DNA of 64,000 nucleotides, taken from positions 1,398,627 to 1,462,626 of the forward strand of contig MU004230.1 in NCBI GenBank assembly GCA_010405405.1, given 5' to 3'. How positions within the stretch are numbered: position 1 is the first letter of the stretch; each line of letters starts with the position of its first letter. Of the stretch, positions 1-10,864 are shown one piece after another. Position numbers and translations under genes: made by a program. Origin of the DNA: Microthyrium microscopicum. Its lineage: Eukaryota. Below the pieces are notes generated by a model. That model worked only from the letters and a program-made list of their open reading frames with translations, had not been told where the DNA came from and did not search any database.

Positions 1-999
1 GGTTCCCAGCAGCGACCTTCCACGAATCCCATCTCCCGAGTTGGTGCTGCCCTACGATCAATTTACCAAATCTACCAAAGTTTGCAGCATATTGTTTAAT
101 TCCAGGAGCCGCTTCCCCCTTGGCTCACCTATAGCCAATCTGCGGCATCTACTCGGAGGGGTCTAGCGTTCCTAGCAACATGCCGCAATCAAGGTGAAGG
201 ACCAGCCTGATACCGAGGATCCCATCTAGGAATTTGGCCCTTTGTTCGCTGAAGTTGGGTATAGCGAGCTACGCCCTCGTCCATATGGACTTGGAGACAG
301 TTTGTACTCTCTTTCTGCAAAGTAGCCTGGGCGGTGTACAATTGCTCAGGGGTTGCAGTACACGTATTCGGTCAGACACCACGTTCATGAGCACATAAGT
401 TGTTAAGTCAGAGATGCGAATTGTGAATATGTAAATCGATATCAATGTTGTCATAGCCATCCACCAGGACAGAATTTAGGAACATGCACAGATTCCACAC
501 TGGCAAAGGCGTAGACGTTTGGTAGAAGACTCTGTGGGCAACGTCCAAGTGGCACATCCCGCTCTCATTCAAAAGGCTCGTGAGGCTTCCATCCACCTTC
601 TAGCGGGCTTCTAAAACTTCCGTAACGGCAGCCGCCAGGAAGGAGTGGTCAATGCTAAACGCCTCATCCGAAGCCTGTCATCGCCATGAACGCGACTTTT
701 GGGGCCTGTTCCCAGCCGCACAGTGGATGACAGTCTCACAGAAATTCCCTGCTCCGTTGATGAACATGAGGCTCCAACTTCAATGCGCTTTCTCTCATCC
801 AATCTTCCAGTTTATTTCTGTTGCACACGCTTGCCTCTCGGGCCTGCAGTTTCTAAAATGTCGCCAAGCAAAGGCAAGGGCCAAGTGGGGAGGGTTAGCA
901 GTTCAGATTCTGCTCTTTTCATTTGGCGATCTTCACCCAAAACGGCTAGTAGATCAGAACGAGTTTACGGCGCTAGAGCTAAGTTCTGGCGTCGTGAAC

Positions 1000-2590
1000 T
1001 TAATCTAAACTCCTTAAATTAGTTTAGTAGCGCTAAGATAGGACTAGCTTAATGTCTATTTAAATAATATTCTATTAATCCATAGATCTATAAGTCTAAG
1101 AATGTTGTTAGAAGAGCATATCCTAAAGGTGCTAAAGCTATTAAAGTTAATAAAGTTAAATAAATCTCTAGCATAGCTATAGGTAGTAAAATACTATATA
1201 AATCTATCTATATTATTAGCATATCTTTAAATCTATAATACTTACTAAATAATACTAATTCTTTACTAGTAGAGTTAATCTAGCACCCTTTATAATAGTA
1301 AGAATTATAAGAATAGCTAGAATCATAAGAATAGTAAGAATTATAGTATCTAGAGTTATTTAAGGAAGCCTACGACGTTAATAAGATAGCTCTTACGTAA
1401 ATACCCTATGGTAGAGCATATTTTAGCTAAAATCCTAACTTTAACTTTATAATAGGGTTATAGGCATAGGAATTAGGCTAAAGGACTAATTCTTAGTAAA
1501 TGCTATCGCTGTTACTATAGGATCTCTAGCCCTAACTATAATATAAGGATATACGCCAAAATAGTACTATACTACTATCTTTAGATTAGTTTATACTAAT
1601 ATCGCTATTATAGAGCTAGCTAGAGCCTTATTTACCCCTCTCTTTATAGTAAGTAGTTTCTACTATACTAGTACCTAAATTTCTTATTTTTATAACTCTA
1701 ATATCTTTATTACTAGTACCTTTAAGTAGGGGAAGGAAGTAGAACCTTAACTAGGGCTAGCTATTATTAATAATAGTATTATAGTATTATTTAGAGAAGA
1801 TTAATAGTTATAGTAGTATTAGTAGTAAAGTACTAATAGGATAGAAGACATAGTAGTAGTATAGTGTTTCTATCTTATTTAAGATAAAGAGAAATCTTAG
1901 TTAGGAATTAGGACTTGTAAGATTATCGTGTATAGTAGTAGTAGAGAGGGTAATTCTATAGCGAATAGTAGAGAGAGATAGTCCTTTAAGCTATAATATT
2001 CTATATAATAAGTTTTAATAGGCTCTTAATTAATTTAAACTTATGTAGACTTATTATAATAACGTTATTAAAGCTAAAAAGGATACCTCTAAAACTAAGA
2101 GGATATAGAAGGATAATAGTATAATAACTCGCGAGAATATTACTAAATAATACTTAGAGAAGGGCACCCTATTAATTAATATTCCTTTAGATAGCAATAG
2201 CGACGTTAAAGAATTATCTATAGAAACGTTAGCTAGAGTATAAGATATAATTAAATAGCCTAATCCTATAGGCTTAAGCGCTACCCCTTTAGTAATTCCT
2301 AGCTCTTTAACTTTAATAACTACTTAAGAATTAGGTTTACGTTTAAAGTATAAGAAGCTTAAATAATCTTATATACCTAAAGACGCTATTATAAGAATAT
2401 CTAATATAATTATTAAAGCTCTTAGAGACTATAATAAATAGTATAGTAGTATTACTAATAATTCTATAAGTAGTAGTAGTAGTAGTAGTAATAAAAGAAG
2501 TAAAGTTATAGGCCTAAGGGAAAAGGTAAATAGATTACACTTAGAGATAATAGAGATAAAGAAGTTATTAAAGGAGTCTTTAGGTTAATT
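1000..2590 (+). pseudogene. RIP-mutated second ORF of the Harbinger-type element; boundaries approximate
   Basis: The plus-strand frame around 2190-2588 still reads as protein with scattered stops (...KDAIIRISNIIIKALRDYNK*...SSSSSSS...GLREKVNRLHLEIIEIKKLLKESLG*). It is convergent with the transposase. Two ORFs are typical of this superfamily. Confidence 0.5.
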
Positions 2591-2709
2591 ATAGTTATAA
2601 AGGTTAGGCTAGTATTTCCTATATAAATTAGTAGTAAAGATAGAATCTAGTTTTTATAGAAATATTATAATAGATACTAAAAGCTTTAAAAGTATATAGA
2701 AGGGTTAAA

Positions 2710-4040
2710 TAATTAGCTAACCCTACCCTATTAATTCCCCTTCTTTAGTAAGAATATTTAACTTTACTTCATAACTTTAATATCTTTAATAAATATATAA
2801 CTATTCTATATTGTTTAAATCCTCTTATTAAAGCAATTCTAATAGTGTCTAGTTATTAAAGATACTACTAGGATTTAAATACTTATTAATTATTAGTAGT
2901 TTAATAGTAAATTAACTCTTAATAAGATTTCTCTACTATAAGGCCGTTTAATAGTTTTGAAGTAATACTAACATAGTTTAATAATAGATAATAGGCATTA
3001 AACTTATCCTTATATTATGTTAATAGTCTAACGTACCTTCCTACTAAGAGTTCTTTAATATTATAAATATCTACTTAATAGTAATATAGAATCTAGATTA
3101 TTTAAAGTTAAAATTCTACTACCAAAGTAGTAATTTAGTACCCTAGTATAGTAAAATAATTATATCGTTATATAGATATATAGCGTTGCTATATAATAGC
3201 TTTTTTGGACTATTACTAAATATTTGTTAAATCCTATCTTTAAGACCTAAGTCTATTAATATTAAGAGGTTATTTAAGGATCTAAAGTAGCTATAATTAA
3301 GTGCTAGCAATATCCTATTAGGTATAGTAATAGCTTATATTTTTATATAGTAGTTTTCTTTATAACTACTATAAAACTCCTACTATATTTAGTTACCCTT
3401 TAGTCTACTAATATTAATATAAGTTCTATTAATCTAGCCTTAAAATTTAGGTACTCTACTAGTATAATTAATAGCCTTAGTATATTATTTATATCTTGAC
3501 GCTATAAGGAGAGAATAGAACTATAATAGCGTCTCTATATATTTATTATATAAGTAAATTATTATAGCGTTAAAGTAGAACTTTATATATACTATACTTT
3601 GTCTAAAGTGCTAATAAATGTTAATATAGGTATAAATTTAAGTAAGTCTATAGTATACTATATAAAATAGGAAATGCTATTTATTTAGAGGTATAATTTA
3701 ATATAGTAAGGGGACGTTATTAAGATCTAGCTTCTTTGCTAATATTTATATTTTATGCTTCTTAAAACTATTATATACTAATTAATACTATAGGTATTAC
3801 TTTAAGCTAATTTAGTAGTATACTAATATTTAACTTTATATATCTAGCTAGATTTATCCTTAAGATTCTAATCATAGTAGTAGTACTTAATTATAGGCCT
3901 ATATTTACCTTCTTATTACTCTTCTTTTAGCAACTTATAAAGTAATATTACTAGAATACTAAGAGTAGCTATCTTAATATCGTCTTTAATAGTATCTATT
4001 TTAGGTTAGGATTAATAGAGATATGTTTAAGATACTATGG
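2710..4040 (-). pseudogene. RIP-mutated DDE (DDE_Tnp_4/Harbinger-like) transposase; boundaries approximate
   Basis: Minus-strand translation near 3445-3355 reads F*G*INRTYINISRLKGN*I**EFYSSYKK, which de-RIPs to FWGWIDGT..I.RP.....QQEFYSGHKK. Near 3200-3065 it reads LLYSNAIY...W**NFNFK*SRFYITIK*IF, which de-RIPs to LLYGDA.Y...QQ.FN...SR.RI.VE..F. These match the catalytic D..D..E motifs of Harbinger transposases. Confidence 0.75.
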
Positions 4041-6487
4041 AATTATGGCACAAAAAGCTACATAGGGGAAATTTATATGTAACGCATTATCCCTGCTTAA
4101 TACTCGTAGATCCAAGCGCTAATGCATCCTAATCCACATCTGGCTAGAAAACGCGTAAACGAAAAGAGCAGAATCTGAACTGCTAACCCTCCCCAGTCAA
4201 CCAGACTAGACGGATGACTATCGAGCACGTTTTTGAGGCCACGCTCTGAGCACGGTATCCGATTCCGTATTGCTCGGGCCTTAACCGCTTTTAGGATATT
4301 GTAGTTGGAAGTTTCGTACGTGACGAACAATAAGCCGTCTTCTACGCACCCACGGTGTAAGCTACCTATCTAGGAAATTCATGTCTATCGACTGTCAAGT
4401 TTCACAGTCAGTAGATACGTCAGATTCTCACAATTTAACCCTACATGAGAGAAAGAATTACTTGTCATCAATCTGTCCAGGAACCAACCTGATTAGCTCC
4501 TGATTTGTTCATTGCATTATAGGTTATGATTGGCCCGTAGTCTTTCATAGCCAAACAAAGAATAAGATATCATTTTGATTCGTCTGTCTGCAACGTGCCC
4601 TCTTCCAGCTAACAAGAGGCTTGTCCAAATTGTTTCAAGATACGATATTCCAGCTATCCTTGTTCGCCCTGGAAATCCCTTGCCAAAGGAGAGAAGCCGT
4701 TGCAGGCCAAGCCTTATGAAAGGCCAGGGAATAGGAAGGGCACTGACCGTAGAATTTATGGCTTGCATCATTATGCCCGAACCTTGCTGGGCTTTTCTCA
4801 TGGGTGGGCTTTCCATTTCCTCAACTAGAACATCCTTCTGGAAACTTGCCTATCTAGGACAAACTCAAGGCGCTTTGTGCATCAGCAGACCCCAGATGAG
4901 GCGGTTTCGCTGCATCAGAAAGACTTCAACTTCGAATGTTCAAACAAATCATAATTCGCGTTCATATCTCTTCTTTGCTTTGCAAACATGAGAGAGAGAC
5001 AAGTGAGGAAACCCCTAGCGCCCTGTCAACGTGGCCTCCCATCACTGCCATTTTTGACGAAAACCGTTTGTGAAAAAGATATATACCTATCTCTCACTTG
5101 ATACAGAGTACAATATTTGTTGTCTGTGTTCCTCACCAGCCACATATGCACATCATTTATGGTAAGGACGCGTCGTGGTCATCACCATCCACGTTGAGTA
5201 TTTCCTTCTTTTGGTTTTCACTAGCTTCAATATAGCCTTTTGGTAGCTGATACAGAACACACTTACAAGCTGTCACTGCTACTCTCAGGCTCAAAAGCTA
5301 AGATCAGGTAAAAATCTTGTCTGTAACCAGACTATTCACTCGCTACTCTGAATTCGGAATGATTTGCATCACCACTGCAGACTAGGTCAAATGTCCGCTG
5401 TGTTTACAAAATTTGGCCGAGGTGGTTTCCGACTGCATCAGATAAGTTTCTTACCTCCTTAACACGACAATATGAGCCGTCAGCGAGCGCATATTCGGGT
5501 GTCCCTAAATCTCTGAACCATAAACTAACCGGATGTGCCGTGAAATGAACCTTTTCACTGTAGGAAAACTACGCGAGCACGTTCCATATTGGATAACAAG
5601 CCTATAAGCCATGGCATATAGCGATCCAGATTGCCGGACTCTACTACTTTCTCCAATTGAATGAATTTATCCGGGATGCTTGTGATCACAGACCTAATGC
5701 TGCTACCTCACCCTGAAGACCCGAAAGAATGCTGTAAAGAAACGAATTGGAAATCATCTAGGATCCTTTTCCTAATCCTTTAACCTAACCTAAGGTAATC
5801 ACTAACCGAACCCAACAATCCAGGGCAATCCCATATCCCCCAGGGATTCTACATCTCTATTCTTCGTCGGTTGCAAGCCCGAGACGCTCTGAGGCACATG
5901 TCAATATCGTCTTTCAACTCCCGGTAGCCATTCCGAGAACGAGCAGAGTTGTCCAACTCTTGCTTTCCGTTCGTTGCAAAGTGCACACCAACATGCCCTT
6001 GACCACTCTATCGTCAATGCCGGAAGCGTGCCTCCATTTGGCGTCTGCTAATGTTGGGACAAGGGCAATTTGCCAATTCCGTTCTTCCCTGACCTTCTGG
6101 AAGATTCGCTGCTATCTGATGCCCAGTACAGAGCCGCATGCCCATAGCTCTTTGACCTTTCCTAGATCGCGCAAGACCACAAACATGGCCTAGCACCTGT
6201 TCGCAGAGACTCTTGCTGCGGCTAATCTCCCAAAAAGGGCTCCCTGCGCACACCTTACACACCATCCCCCCATGCCCAGGCTTTGCGGGTACGGCGCTCT
6301 GGTCAATGGCGTATTCTCTCCGAGCGAGCCAGAACTGGGCTGCTGGTTATGAGGCTCAAAACATTGAGCGGGTGTGCTCCGTGTTGCGATTGCGTTACTT
6401 GCGTATCAATGCCCAAAGCTGCCAGGTATGCGATGCGGCTCATTGCACAATCGACATTGAGCCCGTTCCCACTCCTCACGGCCCACT

Positions 6488-6880
6488 GGGGAGCGTTAGC
6501 AAACATCTTCCGAACATTTTTGAACTTTGAGCAGCTTTTGAAAACGGTATCCGAAGCCAGAAACTAAACTATATTAGGCCTTAGCTCAAGCCTTATTAGC
6601 TTAGCGTAAGCCTCAATCTTTTTTAGAACGAAGTCAAGCTAAGCTAGCCAAAAGATATAAGCCAATCGTGATCAAAGGCCAAGAGAGATAGTTCATGCTA
6701 GTCCATAAAAGGCTAGAAAACGCCCTTCCCGGGGCTAAAAGTCTGCTCAAATGCTGCTCCAAGGCCTTAAGCTAAGCTCAAGGCCCAGGAGCAGCTTTTT
6801 GGCAGGTTAACTTCTTTAGGAAGTGATCAAACATACCGGAAAACTCCGAGGTAGCAGGATTTGAGCAGCTAACCCTCCCC
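6488..6880. mobile_element. MITE related to the 887-4194 element, 393 bp
   Basis: Left end GGGGAGCGTTAGC and right end GCTAACCCTCCCC form a 12/13 inverted match. Both ends are flanked by ACT (6485-6487, 6881-6883). The right 28 bp match the large element's right TIR at 24/28. No coding capacity recognised. Confidence 0.85.
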
Positions 6881-8411
6881 ACTGCAAACAGAGATCAGGA
6901 GCGTTTACTTTCTACCGCGCGATCTGCCTCTCTGCTGGTGGAAGTTGCATGGTGCGGAATCCGATTGCAAGCTCGCTCTCGCCTTGTCGGCAAATATGCG
7001 GTTAGGATCTTCCATGCCACGGCTATCTCTTAAGACAGGATGACATATAAGAAGCGTTTTTGCATATGCAATTGCACACACTGTAAACTCTAAGCATGTA
7101 CTTCGGACAGCTCACAAATTGCACAATCGTTTGAGCAAGCGCCTACAACTTCAGTCTCTCTGCAGCCCAGCGAGTGCCGTTGGCTACTTTTGTTGAATCT
7201 AAATTGGCCCCTTCGCAGATATAGTGGTCGCAGCGTTTTTTAGCCGTTGCACCGTCCACCGGAGACCAGCCTTGTCGGCAAACCGCTAGACATTGTCGTT
7301 CGCTTTAGCCCTCTCCTTTAAAAAGCTTGACGTGGGTTTTGGTGTGGTAGATAGTTCGTGGCTGCTAAGATTGTCGTCCTTTCGTCTGAATGAGGTCTTC
7401 GTATGTAGCTGCAAGCGGCTGAAATTTAATTCTGCTCGCATGCTTATAGTAGAAGGTGTAGTTTGACTGAGACTTCTGTGATAAGTTCCTGGTCGATAGC
7501 ACACACGGCACTTCCGTTCGCTCGTTCGCTTACCGATAGGGCCAAGCTACTGGTGGGATAGTCACTGCGATCAATTGCGATCTGGCGATATGCGCACGAA
7601 GAATCAGAGACTATGGCGGTGGATTCCCGTGTGCTATGTCTTCGACTACCGGTGCTATCAACAAATTCGGAATGTTTTTACTCATTATTGCTATTTGTGG
7701 ACGTGGCCATGGTTAATGGACTGACTACATTCACATATATTATGCCTTCCACTACTGTTTTTTCACTATGATAGATGGTGTGAAGGGAAGGCAAGAATCA
7801 GCAGTACTGAGGACATGATCTCTGGATAATGTTCTAGAGAATATGACGAAAGGAGACAAGGCGTCTTCAGTTACACTAACTGGCATTTCTTTAGATTGAT
7901 TTGTCCAGTGTCGTGATGTATCACTGTGACGATTCCTCAAATGCGAATAATGAAAGGTTCGCGGCCCGTCATCTCGTTGAGGCTGGGTAGAAATACGAAG
8001 TGTCGTTAAAACTAGAGTACAGTTGAAGGCCAACAATATAGAGCTTGGAGCGTCCACGGGCAGAGCGGCGATGCGAGCTCTATCATCGTTCGGCACTCCA
8101 GCCGACGTAGCGTCTTTCCAAGTGGTCGTCGACCAAAGTAGATGCCCTGGCCGCATATTCTTGTCTTGCCAATGGCTACCGCGAGAGCTTATCGTCAGCC
8201 ATAAGCACAAGATTATGGTATCTTGGCTACAGGAGGACGTGTGGTACAATCTACTTGGAACATCTCACTCAGCAGCATCATGATAGTAGACGAGATCTGT
8301 TCGTCGTGATTGACGAGGCTTCTTTAAGTTTGGTAGTGTTGACATTGTGTCCTTCGAGTTGAGAATTGATTGCCTGAGCCTTGAACAAGACATGGACAAT
8401 CTCAATTGTGG

Positions 8412-10230
8412 TCATATGATATTAAACGTCTCAACTGGGAAAGGCATGATCTCTGCGTCTTCAAGACCTTGCAGCCAAGATCTGTCGTGGTCATCGTAAG
8501 TTGGGTCAGCTTTTTTTCTTGCTTCGATAAACCCTTGACCGTCCATATAGTTGTGAACGTAGCAATCGCCAACGAACGAGAACTTGCCGGTCATTTCGCT
8601 CTTTCGAATGAGATAAGGTACTTGACCTCCATTCAGAAGTACAACAATATCGCCAACCATTGCTGAAGAGTTTGCATTTCCTAGCAAGCCATTCTTAGTG
8701 CAGAAATATTTGCAACCATGCTTCCACTCTAACAAGCGCAAGATGTAGGTTACCATCTCGTCTGCGTTCTTCTGATTCAACAACTCGCGATCTTCGGAAT
8801 TCCATCGGACTGGCAGCGAAGAAAACTCCGAAACGTCGGCTTGGAGAATTTGGAGCAGTACATAGTGGCTGTCGTTCTTGAAGACCTCTACATCCCAAGG
8901 TTGCACATACTCCACGACACCGCAGCGTATTCCTTGGATAGTTAGCTGCATGCTGTCCTTGGATAATGTTGCTTTCGCCCCTGTTGAACCGGTGGCCCGG
9001 TATAGACTGGTGTGCGGAAAGCCAGACCATACGAAACCTGCGTGCGGTCGGCGATGTCGCCAATCCGGGACCCAGCTTGGGAGTTCGCTACTCGTAGATG
9101 CATCGATTTCAGACAGAATGGCCAGAGTATTGGAGTGCTGGATGATATGCATTGTTGTTGCGGCAAAGACCGACCCATAACTTTCATCATAATCCGGCAG
9201 AATGTCAGCCCCATCGGATGCTATTCCAAGCAGTGAATATACAAGGTCACTTGGATTGCCACATTTAGATCCACGTCTTTGTGCGAGTAGAGAAGATAGG
9301 GTCAATTTGTTGTTATTGCCATTGGTTGCGATCCATTCATTCTGACTGGTGAACGCCATATTTTCGTCAAGACATTTTGCGCTCAGATATCGTGCGTCTT
9401 CCGTGGCCACGAACAAAGTCATCAATAACCGCTGAACGTTGAAAATATGCCCTGGAGAGAGCGACCTTGAACCAATCCAGTATGTTTTACGTGAAGCCAG
9501 AAAGCTTTCTTGAAAGGTCCAGGCTCTGTAGAACCATGGCCTAGTGAAAAGGTCCTGCAGAGCATCAAAGCTTTTTGATCCAGGTTCTGGTATACCAAAC
9601 TCCATTCGTATATCTAGGTTGAGAAGGGCCATTCCTGTGGACTTTGTTTGTAATCTCATTTGATTCATATATTCCTCCTCCTTACTTGTCAGACCTTTCA
9701 CAAGTTTGTTCATCATGTCGATAGCAGCGGCAGTTTCCTCATACTCATTATCACGCCCGAGCCAGACGAGGACCTCAGTGGCCTGGCGGTAGATTGTTCC
9801 CATGATTACGACTTGCTTGTTTCGCTCCGGGATATTTCTTTGATTGATGCTTATGCTGTCAACCTACAGCTGTTAGCAATAGCCACGTCTCCAAAGGCCG
9901 ACTTACCCAAAGTAACTTTGCCTCATTTGTTCCTCGAAAGTGCCGAAGTGCTACGTCCAGATTCTGGGTAATGCTTACGAGCTGCCTTCCGCACTGAATA
10001 GAAGATCGTTCGCTTTCAATACCCCAGACGTACGATAGTGCCTGATATTCTGGAGGATGATGGACATCGATTTCAGAAAGGCTACACCTTAGCGGATCAT
10101 TATGATCTAAAGCGGGCGCGAGACAGACGATCCTGGTAGAGTTGTCAGATGTGAGAGGGACGTATCGATATTCATCTCCAGCTTCCCCTTCGCAGCTGCT
10201 TTGTCGACATTCAACCTTGTCTACAGTCAT
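8412..10230 (-). CDS. HET-domain (heterokaryon incompatibility, HET-6-like) protein; 1 intron (9864-9906)
   Basis: The spliced product carries HET motifs YQALSYVWG, LWVDSISINQ..ERNKQV..MGTIYRQA.EVLVWLG and RPWFYRAWTFQE. It also has LPSWVPDW and a C-terminal GDIVVLLNGGQVPYLIR..FVGDCYVHNYMDG block typical of HET-6-like proteins. Confidence 0.9.
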
Positions 10231-10864
10231 TTTTCTTCCTTATACCACGAGACTGTAAATCGAGGCAAGCTGGCGCAGATATCTTTGAGGCCGCAAACAG
10301 TATTGAATTAAAGTAGTAAAAAGATAAGTACATGCCCCTATCATGACAATGCCCCTGAAGGCTGTGCATGAAACGTGGCTGAGGCTTTGAGCACCTGGGC
10401 AGATTGGGGCGCTCCTGGCCCAGGTGGGAATCATCATAAGCCTCCACTTACGGTACAAGTGCTCTCAGTTCCAGTCAGAGAAAGACTTTGAGCGCTTCCA
10501 CAAGCTGTGAGATTGCAAACTTAGCGCTTGACAACGATCTCAAAGTCGGGAGTAACCTTGCTTGACGGTACAATGCGAAAATGGTGTTGATCACAAGCGT
10601 CTGTTACGCATATGTATCAATGGCTTGATGAGACTACTGGCTATCTTGTAGAACCAATGTCTTCTATTTGCCGATGAATCAATATTCCTCCCGTGACAAA
10701 CGCGGTCTTCCATGGAGGAAGGTAGACTACGGTTACTAGAGAGGAGTGCAAACAAGTACAAGATATAACGAAATAGCCCATGCGATGGTATAATATCATG
10801 AAATATTACAGCTGAGATCAAGATCGATAATTCATACATAAAATCGATAACAACTTCGCCTTTA

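Larger units (their letters stand above)
887..4194. mobile_element. RIP-inactivated PIF/Harbinger (PHIS)-type DNA transposon, 3308 bp
   Basis: Perfect 34-bp terminal inverted repeats: GGGGAGGGTTAGCAGTTCAGATTCTGCTCTTTTC (887-920) and its reverse complement (4161-4194). Both ends are flanked by AGT (884-886, 4195-4197). The interior is extremely AT/TpA-rich with no ORFs (RIP signature). DDE transposase motif relics lie on the minus strand. Confidence 0.93.

Noticed and set aside
2469..2490. (AGT)n microsatellite
   Set aside because: It lies within the RIPed element and is probably a mutated Ser-codon run, not an independent feature.
4517..4991. Overlapping 99-aa and 138-aa ORFs
   Set aside because: No motifs or splice support.
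5765..5822. Telomere-like TAACC-rich stretch
   Set aside because: There are no tandem CCCTAA units; the stretch is too short and degenerate.
7752..8283. 165-aa minus-strand ORF and overlapping ORFs downstream of the HET gene
   Set aside because: No ATG start or recognisable domain. It could be a relic, but a call is unsupported.
1..10300. Starship/giant-transposon boundary
   Set aside because: No tyrosine-recombinase (captain) ORF or recognisable boundary motif is visible in the window.
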